This document shows positions 1 to 9,475 of a DNA stretch of 64,000 nucleotides, one piece after another. Below the pieces are notes generated by a model. That model ran no database searches and had not been told where the DNA came from. It worked only from the letters and a program-made list of their open reading frames with translations. Where the stretch lies: assembly GCA_963828195.1 (NCBI GenBank), contig CAWHDT010000005.1, positions 64,001 through 128,000 of the forward strand. Reading direction: 5' to 3'. This DNA is from Candidatus Bathyarchaeota archaeon (GTDB lineage: Archaea; Thermoproteota; Bathyarchaeia; Bathyarchaeales; Bathycorpusculaceae). How positions within the stretch are numbered: the stretch's first letter is position 1; every line of letters starts with the position of its first letter. The position numbers and the translations under genes are program-made.

Positions 1-2
1 AA

Positions 3-503
3 AAACTCGCCATAGCCCGCGCCCTCATCCATGACCCACAAGTCCTTTTCATGGACGAGCCTACTGCAAATTTAGATCCTGAGGCTGCGAAAACAGTCCG
101 AGATTTCATTCTTCAACTAAAAAAAGAGAAGAAGACAATCTTCCTGAACACTCACAACCTCGACGAGGCGCAGAGAATCTGCGACAGGGTAGCAATAATG
201 AATACGAGTCTTAGGGCAATTGGTACTCCGCAGGAACTTGAAAGGTCCGTTAGCGGTAGGAAGACAGTTATCGGATTGGACCAGCCAGTGAACGATGCCG
301 TTTTGGCGGCATTGAAAAAACTGGCGCTCAAAAACCTGTCCACCAGCGGCGACACGATAACATTTGATGTGGAAAACCCAGACAAGGAAAATTCACCTGT
401 TATAGAGGCTATAGTGTTGGCGGGCGGTCATGTCAGATCAATCAATGTGGTAGGCTCAACTTTGGAAGATACCTATCTAAAACTTGTGAGGAAACAAATA
501 TGA
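3..503 (+). CDS. ABC transporter ATP-binding protein (5'-partial, runs off window)
   Basis: KLAIARALIHDPQVLFMDEPTANLD (signature/Walker B/D-loop), NTHNLDEA H-loop. Confidence 0.9.
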   Translation, partial: KLAIARALIHDPQVLFMDEPTANLDPEAAKTVRDFILQLKKEKKTIFLNTHNLDEAQRICDRVAIMNTSLRAIGTPQELERSVSGRKTVIGLDQPVNDAVLAALKKLALKNLSTSGDTITFDVENPDKENSPVIEAIVLAGGHVRSINVVGSTLEDTYLKLVRKQI

Positions 504-1243
504 GACTCTCAAAGGCGTGGCTTGTAGCAGCTAGGGACTTCAAAATATTTAGGCGAGTAAAAAACGTCTGGACTTCAATCATCGTCTTCCCTGTTGTCAT
601 CTCGGTCCTGTTTCCGGTGATACTGGAGTATGTAAAAGCAAGGGGGAGCCACGGACTCGCAGCGCCGAGTGTGCTTCCAAATTTGCTTACCTCCTTTTCT
701 TTCTTTTTAGTTATAGGCGCAGCGTACGTTCCCTTAGGGATTGCCTCCTACAGTATAGTGGGGGAGAAAGTGGAGAAGAGTCTGGAACCGCTTCTAGCCA
801 CACCCCTTACTGACGGAGAAATATTGCTTGGAAAAGCCCTCTCCGCAGTTATTCCAACTTTAGTAGCAATGTACGCGGCTGCTGCAGTCTTCATGGTGGG
901 CATTGATGAAGTTACTTTCCATACGCTTGGCTACTATTATTTTCCAAACTGGAACATCGCCACTTTGCTCTTGGCTCTGATGCCGGTCGCCATTGTTATG
1001 AGTGTTCTGTTCAGCGTTATTGTTTCATCGAGAGTTAATGATGTGCGCAGCGCCAACAGTTTTGGAATTTTTATTCTCTTTCCACTCCTTGGCATATACC
1101 TTCTCAGCGAGACAAGCATAATAACCCTTGATGTAAACAGCTTGCTCATAATCTCAGGGGTCATCTTAGCGGTTGATGCGGCGCTGTTCTTTGTCAGCAC
1201 CAAGACTTTCCGAAGGGAAGAAATACTAACAAAGTGGAAGTAG
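500..1243 (+). CDS. ABC-2 type transporter permease
   Basis: 6 hydrophobic segments, GEKVEKSLEPLLATPL motif, ATGA overlap with ATPase gene. Confidence 0.9.
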   Translation: MRLSKAWLVAARDFKIFRRVKNVWTSIIVFPVVISVLFPVILEYVKARGSHGLAAPSVLPNLLTSFSFFLVIGAAYVPLGIASYSIVGEKVEKSLEPLLATPLTDGEILLGKALSAVIPTLVAMYAAAAVFMVGIDEVTFHTLGYYYFPNWNIATLLLALMPVAIVMSVLFSVIVSSRVNDVRSANSFGIFILFPLLGIYLLSETSIITLDVNSLLIISGVILAVDAALFFVSTKTFRREEILTKWK

Positions 1244-1277
1244 CAAAGTTGGAAGCGAAGAGGGCGGAGGTGGAACA

Positions 1278-1487
1278 TTGGATCCGAGTAAATATTATCA
1301 GACAAATAAGGGGAGACTTCTTGCGTTTGGAACCGTACTAATAGTTTTGGGCGTTGTCCTCTTTTTTGCAAAAGGCATCCAAGATGCGGTCGTATTACCC
1401 GTCTTTGGAGTGGTATTGCTTATTGCCGGCGTTCTTTATAAGCCGCGGCAGAAGAAACCAGAGAACTTAACCAGCGACACACCCTGA
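1278..1487 (+). CDS. small two-TM membrane protein
   Basis: two hydrophobic helices, GGAGGTGG SD upstream of TTG. Confidence 0.6.
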   Translation: MDPSKYYQTNKGRLLAFGTVLIVLGVVLFFAKGIQDAVVLPVFGVVLLIAGVLYKPRQKKPENLTSDTP

Positions 1488-1723
1488 GCACGATCTCGAC
1501 CGCCGGGTGTCAGTTCCCTCATTGTCCTATTTTTTCTTATTTTTTAGTTCTATCAGCAGCGTCGGTGATTTTTTAAGTTAAATGCTAAATCTACTGCACC
1601 GAAACTTCGTGGGGCGCTCTATCTCCTGGATTAAAGCAGGTAATTAGTCAATTCGTCCAACAATTTATAACATGCGCAATGGTGTTTTCTGCTCAAATTT
1701 ACAGCAAATTGTAACTAGGAGAA

Positions 1724-1798
1724 TGGGCCGGACCGGATTCGGACCGGCGACCTTCTGCACGTCAAGCAGATGTCCTAACCAGGCTAGACGACCGGCCC
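1724..1798 (-). tRNA. tRNA-Val(GAC)
   Basis: revcomp GGGCCGGTCGTCTAGCCTGGTTAGGACATCTGCTTGACGTGCAGAAGGTCGCCGGTCCGAATCCGGTCCGGCCCA folds as cloverleaf, anticodon GAC. Confidence 0.93.
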
Positions 1799-2193
1799 AC
1801 ATGCGCGTGTTTTTACGTTGTTTGGCTATTTAGGTGCTTCGTCTTTCTATGCGATGCATATTCAAAATTCTCGCTTCTATTAATCTATTTCCCACCGCTT
1901 AACGAACCAAAAAATTTGAGTTAAGATTTTTGTTCATTACAATGCATATAGCGCCACAGTAAACTGGGAAAGCCATGGCAACCGACTAAGTGCTCTATTT
2001 ACTTGCCAATTTTATAAACCAAAACTCCGATGTTAACGACATCCAGTGGGATCAGAAAAGGCACCTACAGCGAATAACCCGCCCCTCCCCGCTATTTACA
2101 CCCTACTCCAATATGCAAAAAGAGCCTTAACATTTCCAAGTTAAATTGGACGCATTAATTAAGAGGTGCAGACTTGGGTATTGTTGACAGGGC

Positions 2194-2556
2194 ATGGGGC
2201 AGGACAATTTTAAACCGATGATAGTCTGGCTTATTCTTAATGGAAAACCAGAGGAAGCACTGACTTTGCTGGCGAAAAACTATAATGTAAATATCCCCAA
2301 ACTAAAAGTGGGTTTACCGAAAGGGCACAAGATCACCGCATATGGATGCTACACCTCAAAAAACGAAACCATCTCACTTCTAAACAGCGACATAATAGCA
2401 AACCCCTTCGTCATCCTCCACGAGTTTTACCATCACCTGCGCAGCAAATCAGTCGATAAAATGCATAAGGGCACAGAAAAAAACGCTGACAAATTCGCCA
2501 TAGATTTTCTACAGGAGTATCAGGCAGCTGTTAAAAAAGCGCAGAGCACTACTTAA
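2194..2556 (+). CDS. small zincin-like (HExxH) metallopeptidase-domain protein
   Basis: ILHEFYHH motif followed by E..AD.FA. Confidence 0.65.
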   Translation: MGQDNFKPMIVWLILNGKPEEALTLLAKNYNVNIPKLKVGLPKGHKITAYGCYTSKNETISLLNSDIIANPFVILHEFYHHLRSKSVDKMHKGTEKNADKFAIDFLQEYQAAVKKAQSTT

Positions 2557-2986
2557 AATCCTCTCCAAAGTCTTCTTCTTCAAAATTTTTTCCTATTTCT
2601 TCGGTGATTTCAATGATTAATCTTTCAGTTTTGCAATTGTACGCTGCAACGCAGCCTCGCCCTTCAAACGGGGACCCCACAATCATGAGGATTCTTCCAA
2701 AGAAATAGTTCATATCCACATTGCTGGGTGAAATGTTGCCTGAAGGATGCGAATGCACGGTGCCAACCAACGAGAAATCGCCCGAAAACATGAACGGGTT
2801 AAAACGAACATTGCCATGTCCGTGAGCGGCAAACGGTGCCAAGACAAGGTCAGTTACTTTAATTTCGTTTTTTCCTGGTTTGCCTCTTAGAAGCAGAAAG
2901 CTTTCCCGTGGGTAAAGTTGTTTGGCGCCAGCGTAAATTGCGTCCATTATGTCTTTGGGAACCTTAACCACCGTTGTGGGTGCCAT
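2549..2986 (-). CDS. JAMM/MPN+ (Mov34) metalloprotease
   Basis: YPRE...GTVHSHPSGNISPSNVD JAMM motif. Confidence 0.88.
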   Translation of the reverse strand: MAPTTVVKVPKDIMDAIYAGAKQLYPRESFLLLRGKPGKNEIKVTDLVLAPFAAHGHGNVRFNPFMFSGDFSLVGTVHSHPSGNISPSNVDMNYFFGRILMIVGSPFEGRGCVAAYNCKTERLIIEITEEIGKNFEEEDFGEDFK

Positions 2987-3131
2987 GTCGAAAAAAGATG
3001 TCGTCGTTGGTTAATTACTTTACCTGCATATCAACGGTTTTTTCGGGTTAAAACACAAAAAGCAACGCTTAATTTTACGGAGCTTTCGGTAAACATTTAA
3101 AGAGCGCGCGAAATAGATTGTTGATTTGCTT

Positions 3132-3216
3132 GCCGAGGTGGCAGAGTGGTTAACGCGCGGGCCTTGAGAGCCCGTGGATCGCGAGGTCCGCATGGGTTCG
3201 AATCCCATCCTCGGCG
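3132..3216 (+). tRNA. tRNA-Ser(TGA)
   Basis: cloverleaf with long variable arm, anticodon stem CGGGC/GCCCG, loop CTTGAGA, GGTTCGAATCC. Confidence 0.95.
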
Positions 3217-3443
3217 CCTAATTGTAATTATTTAATGAATGAAACCCATAGCGTGGGTCAAAAAGTAGCCTATTAAGCCGCAGCCTAAAAAGCACGTTAA
3301 CAACAATAATCCTTCTTGATTAGGAGACAATTCCAAATTCAGCTTTTTTCTCAGACTCATAACCTGCACCGCTAAGCCATTTGTTTTGCGAGGGGAAAGG
3401 CTTTATGAAGGGAAAATAAGTATTTTCAATCCACAATACTTGC

Positions 3444-3517
3444 GGGCCGTTCGTCCAGCCTGGTAAGACGTCGCCCTCACGCGGCGAAGATCACCGGTTC
3501 AAATCCGGTACGGCCCA
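3444..3517 (+). tRNA. tRNA-Val(CAC); integration target of downstream island
   Basis: GGGCCGT...TCGCC CTCACGC GGCGA...ACCGGTTCAAATCCGGTACGGCCCA; last 14 nt repeated at 22770-22783. Confidence 0.95.
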
Positions 3518-3557
3518 TATTAGACTCAGCCCCTGCACGGTCTGAGCCCCAATTTGA
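3504..3557 (+). repeat. attL-like site: 14-bp core plus left inverted arm
   Basis: TCCGGTACGGCCCA then TATTAGACTCAGCCCCTGCACGGTCTGAGCCCCAATTTGA. Confidence 0.8.
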
Positions 3558-4132
3558 TACGCCCACAGAGTTATTCGCCCTTTGGTGTTCGACTCCCATA
3601 GAGACTCAAACTGTTGTAGGTACGAATCCTTTAACGACGCCACTTTCTGTTACATTAATCTGTTTTTTTCCACTCTCCATTTTTCTCCCGCTTAAATAGA
3701 GTCCTTTGATCAAGAAACAATAAAAAAAATAGGGAGCGTATGATTTGGCGGGTCAAAGCACGTTTTGGTCCAGACGCGCAAGGGTTTCAAGTTTGGGCTA
3801 AGAAGCCACCGTGTCCTGCCAATGTTGACTCAGCCAAACGTTTTTCCTTTTAAGGGAACATGCTTCCCGTTCAACTTGTAGCTTTATTTATCGATAAAGG
3901 GCTTTTTGATAGTTTTTTTGTACTTCGATGTTTAATAAAATTTAGCACACAAAAAAGCAAGCATAGTTTGAAGAGAGAGGGTAACGCGCTATTGCAATTT
4001 TACGTTTTTAGGGACTCGATGTTGCAGAAACAATGATGTAATGTTCATGCTTGCTGCCGTAAATGTCGGAGTATTATGCGTTTTTTTTATGCTTCTTTAT
4101 GTGTATTTTCGAATGTTAGTCGAATTGTTTAA

Positions 4133-4295
4133 TCTTCTACTGGAACCGCCGCAACTGGCTTGGGTTATGGTCCACAATTTTCCGTCGTCGGTATAGGTGA
4201 ATACATATTAGTCCATTACCAGACCATAGTAGCGATAGTCTTTGCAATAGCCAGCGATGGACTAGCCTCCGTTCCCACCCTCCAGGAGTCCGAGG
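4133..4295 (+). pseudogene. fragment of a membrane protein gene
   Basis: startless frame reads ...QTIVAIVFAIASDGLASVPTL..., a TM helix pattern; stop codon immediately upstream. Confidence 0.4.
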
Positions 4296-4913
4296 ATGAA
4301 AATTCACAAGAGAGTAACGCACATAGCAATTGAGCAGATGCAGGCGCCAGAAGTAATTGTGGAGGGCAAAAAAGTAAAAATCTGCTTAAATGGGTGCGGC
4401 ACACTTGTACCAGAGGGTAACAAAAAATACTGCAGTTTAAAATGCGCTAACGAATTCTACGCCAAACACAACCAAAAAGGATTACGAGAATACCTTCGCA
4501 AACGTGAACATGCCAAATGCCAAAGATGCGGCTGGAAAAACCCTAAAAAGCCACGACTACCGGCTTACCCCAAAAGACCGGGCTGGGTTGAAGGCGGCGT
4601 AAAAGCACACAGATTAGCAATGCAACAATACGAAAAAGATTATGAAGAAATTAGCAAAAAACGTAAAATGATAATGCGGGAATGGCATAAAACATCTCCA
4701 AAGCCCAGAACATTTGTAGCTGACCACATTATACCCATAGCAATAGGAGGGGACGAATTTGACCTCAAAAATGTTCAATGGCTATGCGCCCCCTGCAACA
4801 AAGAAAAAACAAAACACGACCAAGCTACAATAGCCCTCTACCGCAGACGAATCAAACTAATCGGAACCGGCGGGCAACCTTTAACACAATTCAATTCGAT
4901 TGATAAGAAATGA
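4296..4913 (+). CDS. HNH endonuclease with N-terminal Cys-rich Zn finger
   Basis: CQRC...ADHIIPIAIGG...NVQWLCAPCNKEK (HNH); CLNGC...YCSLKC N-terminal finger. Confidence 0.88.
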   Translation: MKIHKRVTHIAIEQMQAPEVIVEGKKVKICLNGCGTLVPEGNKKYCSLKCANEFYAKHNQKGLREYLRKREHAKCQRCGWKNPKKPRLPAYPKRPGWVEGGVKAHRLAMQQYEKDYEEISKKRKMIMREWHKTSPKPRTFVADHIIPIAIGGDEFDLKNVQWLCAPCNKEKTKHDQATIALYRRRIKLIGTGGQPLTQFNSIDKK

Positions 4914-5327
4914 CTGATTACGAAATGGTTTATACTGAAGTAAAATAGAATCTATGATAGAAAGTATAGGCAGACCGGAACTGGCAAACATCACAGCAGC
5001 TTTCACGTACCAAACGCCTAAAAACAGCTCCATTCACGAAATTAAGCCAAAAAAGAATTAATGACCAGTTATGCGCGTACTCTTCCAGCGTCCACCGTTA
5101 GAGGTTTTAGTAGTTAATTGGTGAAATTAATGAGCCGCCTAAAAATGGAGCAGTATCTTAATGAGCGATTATGACCTTATTGAAACCGGATTAATTGATG
5201 ATTTGCCAGAACGATGGTTTAAATGTGGCATGTGCAACGCTAAAGTCGAAATATCTTATAGAGGTTGAATTCTTTTTGTCGAATGTTATAGTACTAGTTT
5301 GAGGTCGGAGTAAATTGAGTAACCAAA

Positions 5328-5543
5328 ATGAAGAAAATAAAATTAAACCTAATGAAGAAAATAAACCTAAACCTAAAAACGCCTATGTTAAAAGTAATCG
5401 TCATAATCGTAAATTTCATAGACGATAGAGAGAAGCGCGCTTATACGGTTTTATTTGGTCATGTTCACGAAATTATGGTTGAAGGTAGCAAAGTTGTCGT
5501 GGAAGACTGTAAAGCAAAAGTGGATAAACTGCCATGTCAGTAA
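5328..5543 (+). CDS. hypothetical protein (24-bp tandem duplication at 5' end)
   Basis: ORF track; AATGAAGAAAATAAA(A/C)(T/C)TAAACCT repeated twice. Confidence 0.35.
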   Translation: MKKIKLNLMKKINLNLKTPMLKVIVIIVNFIDDREKRAYTVLFGHVHEIMVEGSKVVVEDCKAKVDKLPCQ

Positions 5544-5737
5544 CGGAAAAACGTAGCGGTGTTAATCAGGATGAACGGCGTGCTAAAAGTTTGGCTCTTA
5601 AGTTTTTAGCATCATTTCCTAATTACTCGGTTGCTCTGTTTGAATTAAGGTGGACTGAGTTTTTGAAAGAAAAAGCACGATATGGCAACCCAAAAGATAT
5701 AGCCAATGAATTCCTTAAAAAATATGGAGAACTTTAA
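5534..5737 (+). CDS. hypothetical protein
   Basis: ORF overlapping previous stop, protein-like composition. Confidence 0.45.
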   Translation: MSVTEKRSGVNQDERRAKSLALKFLASFPNYSVALFELRWTEFLKEKARYGNPKDIANEFLKKYGEL

Positions 5738-5930
5738 AATGAGTAACCAAACAAGCCTAAAAAATAGCAAAATAAACATCGAAAGTAATAGGATAGCTTT
5801 TGATGCTAAACTGTCCTATTTCTACACTCATCATCAGAACATATAACATACAACAAATAAAATGCGGGTTGGATCATCCTATGCCGCCCAGTCCGTGGAA
5901 AGCCTTTAGGACAAAAAAGTTGGAGGTTGT

Positions 5931-6221
5931 TTAGGGTTTTGCGATAGTTATTTCCATCGTGGAAACCATTCGGGATCTGTTCTCGCCTTCTCGCGGCGGC
6001 ATCTCGACAGTGCCGATTGCAATGTTTGTCACTTTGAGGTCTTTTACGAAGCGGTTTCTTGTGATTTCTACGGAGTCTACTACAGTGGTTATTGCCTGGC
6101 CTCGAGCCTTTAGGGTGAGTTCTTTATTGGCGCCTGAGGAGAACGCGGTTATGATGGCGAGCACGTAGCTCATCGGCGGCTTGTTCCCGACAAATATTAC
6201 GTCATTAGGTTTTTCGGTCAT
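5931..6221 (-). CDS. albA: DNA/RNA-binding protein Alba
   Basis: IFVGNKPPMSYVLA...LKARGQAI...VSTMEITI; start MTEKPND chosen. Confidence 0.93.
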   Translation of the reverse strand: MTEKPNDVIFVGNKPPMSYVLAIITAFSSGANKELTLKARGQAITTVVDSVEITRNRFVKDLKVTNIAIGTVEMPPREGENRSRMVSTMEITIAKP

Positions 6222-6769
6222 GTTCTTTTCACTTCTGGATTCCAATGGTGCCATCAATTATATAGGTACCGATTCGGCAATGCCGTAAGGCTTTCCAAAA
6301 ATTTACCCCATAGAGGGAAGAAGGTCTTATGGGTTTTACCTTATCATCATAACATATAAAATGAATATAATTTATTTTGACTTGGCTTCTCCCATCCCAG
6401 CCGATTCGCGGAAGGGCTTTGAAGAATACTTACAAGAGATATTCCGAAGTCATTGATTGCTTTTTTTCGCAAAAACTAGCGATTGCTCTACTTACAACGT
6501 ACATTGATAGCGAAATGTCCCACATAAGAAATCTAAGGTTTCCGAAAATCGGAATCTTAATCCAGCGCGCGCTGTTGCCAAAAGCTTCAAGCAGTTGCCA
6601 AAGCCCTGAAATCAACCTTCAGTGAGCGTATCTTCCGCCAAACGCTATGTAGAAAACTGTGACTGCAGCATACAAAGCCAAACTGACGTAAACTGAAACA
6701 TATGCAAAGCCGACAGCTAAAGAGTAGACAATGGGACCCACAAAGACTATTCTGTTTCGATAGGTCGTC

Positions 6770-7289
6770 ACTTCAGGGCTCGGCTACCAAGTTTTGGAGG
6801 AGCGCTTTTCCCGGTCAGATTCCGGACAGGCTTGTGATGGCTGAAGAGCTTAAGGGGGACGTGATCTCTCTCGAAGGTGAAGAGTTGGTGGCCGTGGAGG
6901 TCGGGCATGGCGACTCAGACTACAGTACCTGTCTAAACATCCCCTCCATAGGCCTCGAAGTGGCTGGAGATGTAGCCTACAATGACGTGCACCTGTATTT
7001 TGTCGAGTCGAACCATCTAAAACGCGGCGAGTGGATCTCAGCGCTCGACAAGATCGAATCGCTCAATCCGAGAGCTGTGATCGCGGGACACAAGAGGCCT
7101 GGGAGGGAGGACAGCCCCAAGATCATCGAAGAAACCAGGCAGTACATCCGCGATTTCGACCGCTTGGACGGGGTAACGACGACTTCGACGGAACTCTACG
7201 ACCAGATGCTCAAGCTGTATCCCGATAGGTACAATCCTGGCATGCTGTGGACCTCCGCCCGCACGGCCAAAGGTGGGAGTTCCGTTTGA
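6770..7289 (+). pseudogene. C-terminal part of MBL-fold metallo-hydrolase, N-terminus missing
   Basis: GHGDS...VAGDVAYNDVH...VIAGH motifs; no HxHxDH; GC-rich relative to flanks. Confidence 0.7.
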
Positions 7290-7592
7290 GTGAACTCGTC
7301 AACCGTGCTGCGATGCTACTGGCGCGCGCCCACCCGGACTCGACTGCAGTTAGTTTTTAATGGTAAAAAGGTGCTGGGATCCCCCGTCCAACACCTTTGA
7401 ATATCTCCAATAATACGTATGAAAATGTTATCCGACCGTTTGAGAAGGATTAATTCCTTTGTTTTTAGTGAAGGTTTTGAACTTAAATGGGTTTAGGAAC
7501 GGGCAGCCCCCAGCATGTTCATTTGTTTAATCGCTTTATAGGGCAGTTGCGTAGTATAGGGCAGTAACGTTATGATTAAATGGTGATGGTAA

Positions 7593-7880
7593 ATGTCGGA
7601 AAAATCAAAAATTGTTTTCGTTGGAAAGAAAATGCCAATGGACTATGTTCTCGCTATTATTACAGGTCTGTCGGCGAGCGATGCTAAAGATATAACCTTG
7701 AAGGCGAGAGGACAAGCAATAACCACTGCTGTTGACGCGGCTGAAATAGCGAGAAATCGCTTCCTAAAAGACTTGAAAGTAAACAAAATCGTGATAGGAA
7801 CCGAGGAGATGCCGCCAAGAGAGGGCGAAACCAGAGCACGGATGGTTTCAACAATTGAAATAATGCTTACAAAAGAGTAG
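7593..7880 (+). CDS. albA: DNA/RNA-binding protein Alba (second paralog)
   Basis: VFVGKKMPMDYVLA...LKARGQAITTAVDAAEI...VSTIEIML. Confidence 0.93.
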   Translation: MSEKSKIVFVGKKMPMDYVLAIITGLSASDAKDITLKARGQAITTAVDAAEIARNRFLKDLKVNKIVIGTEEMPPREGETRARMVSTIEIMLTKE

Positions 7881-8132
7881 GAATACTTTGCGAAACACGC
7901 GCTAAGTAAACGTAAAGGCGCGGCACGTTTTGGTCTTCTACCGTTCGATTGAAAATCCCTTTGAAAAACTAAGACAACGTCGCTTTCTCTTATTAGACGC
8001 GCCACAGATTATGTGGCAGTAGTTAAAGATGGGAAAGTCCAATTTAAAGAGTACATTTATGAAAACGATGACTTTGGTGAATTGCTAGATAGGGACGTGG
8101 CAACATGACGTTGAATAGAAGTAAACCTTGGT

Positions 8133-8333
8133 GTGACTATGAAATGTCCCGCTTGCAATAAAATTCTTAAACGAATAGAGAGTGTATGCGGCGAGTACAT
8201 CTGTATTAATCCTGAATGCCTTGAAAACAAGAAAGCACATGTGCAGGGATGCGCGGAGTTTTACGGGCTTACCCAAGCAGACATAAACGCAAACTATCAC
8301 ATAGCACTTACCAAAAATAGGACGCAGAAATAG
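8133..8333 (+). CDS. small Zn-ribbon protein
   Basis: CPAC...CINPEC. Confidence 0.55.
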   Translation: MTMKCPACNKILKRIESVCGEYICINPECLENKKAHVQGCAEFYGLTQADINANYHIALTKNRTQK

Positions 8334-8385
8334 CCAAACACCAAAAGAAGGTAAATAAAATATAAATAAGGAGAATAAACAACCT

Positions 8386-8529
8386 GTGAAAAACTTGAAT
8401 AACGTTTTAGGTCCAAGGTGTTCTTATTGTGGTAGCACTCGCCTTGAAGAAGATGAAGATGTCGTTAAGTGTCTTGATTGCGGCATGGGGAATTATAAGA
8501 AAGGTAGGCATAAGAAGTATTGTAAATAA
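8386..8529 (+). CDS. 47-aa Zn-ribbon microprotein (TFIIB-ribbon-like), not in ORF track
   Basis: VKNLNNVLGPRCSYCGSTRLEEDEDVVKCLDCGMG...; AGGAG upstream. Confidence 0.55.
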   Translation: MKNLNNVLGPRCSYCGSTRLEEDEDVVKCLDCGMGNYKKGRHKKYCK

Positions 8530-8540
8530 TTGCTTAGGTA

Positions 8541-8762
8541 ATGATATGGAAAAAAATGGAAAATTTTTACATGTTCGAATCTAATGGAAGACCACGTAGT
8601 AATTGGGGAAGCAATCAACCTTACGAGTGCCTTCGATGCGGATCAACCACGATGGGTGAAAACATAGAGGAGAGAAACGGCTTAATCAAATGTATCGTAT
8701 GCGGATACAGAGTTTTAAAGAAGACGAAACCGCCAGTAGTAAAGAGAGTTCTCGCAAGATGA
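8541..8762 (+). CDS. rpoP: DNA-directed RNA polymerase subunit P (Rpo12)
   Basis: YECLRCG...IKCIVCGYRVLKKTKPPVVKRVLAR; start uncertain. Confidence 0.85.
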   Translation: MIWKKMENFYMFESNGRPRSNWGSNQPYECLRCGSTTMGENIEERNGLIKCIVCGYRVLKKTKPPVVKRVLAR

Positions 8763-9035
8763 TATAAGAGCTTTGCATCAAAAATGTTTCTTTTAAGCCA
8801 ATATAACTACTGTCTTTTGTACGTTTTTGGTTTTTTTGCCTAATTAAAAAGTCTTTAATCTGCACAGCATAGAAATAGCCAACAAACACTCAAATCCTTA
8901 GAAAGACGCATAAACACGTTGGAACAGGCGCTTTCTGGCTCAGAAACAAGAACCAAAACAAACGAAAATACATTCCTCCGAGAACATCAGGATTTATAAT
9001 AAAGTTCAGCGTATTAATATTACAGATGGTGCATT

Positions 9036-9242
9036 ATGGCTGTTCTTGAATGCCCATCCTGCAATGAAATCCTTGAAGTCGAAGCGCCTGATAAACTCCA
9101 CTCAGCATTCTCATCAGCAAAGCCAACACAAAAAAGTTCTCATGGCAAAATCATTCAAAAGAAAGTAAGGTGCAAAAACCAAGATTGCAAAAAAACATTC
9201 ACGGTCTACTGGTATGCTCCACTAGAATACTTCTGCAGATGA
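9036..9242 (+). CDS. small Zn-ribbon protein
   Basis: CPSC...CKNQDC; TATA-like TTTATAA and GGTG upstream. Confidence 0.65.
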   Translation: MAVLECPSCNEILEVEAPDKLHSAFSSAKPTQKSSHGKIIQKKVRCKNQDCKKTFTVYWYAPLEYFCR

Positions 9243-9475
9243 TGAGCTTCAAATCTGATACTATCGATTAAGTAGCGTTGGCTTTGAAAATTAAGAGAGC
9301 TTATTATTTCAGTTCTAAGTAAAACGTGAAGTTTTGTATTTATGCTAACCAGGAAGGCTCAGCGGGCTTCGCCCGTTTCGCACGAACGCCAACCTAATCA
9401 CTCTTTCTTGGTGAAGACCCTGATAAGGCTGAATCGCCGTCAGCATAAATTGACGTTTATCTGTCCCTTCCGAAA

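Noticed and set aside
3020-3208. ORF-track peptide MGFEPMRT... and ORF 49361-49543
   Set aside because: Shadow translations of tRNA-Ser and tRNA-Phe.
4140-4280. Apparent pseudoknotted RNA upstream of the HNH gene (TATGGTC/GACCATA, CTGGCT/AGCCAG, TAGTCCAT/ATGGACTA), suggestive of an OMEGA/HEARO-like guide RNA
   Set aside because: The same bases read as a membrane-protein fragment (VAIVFAIASDGLASVPTL), and the HNH protein has no RuvC or PLMP motifs. The pairings may be chance, though a covariance search would settle it.
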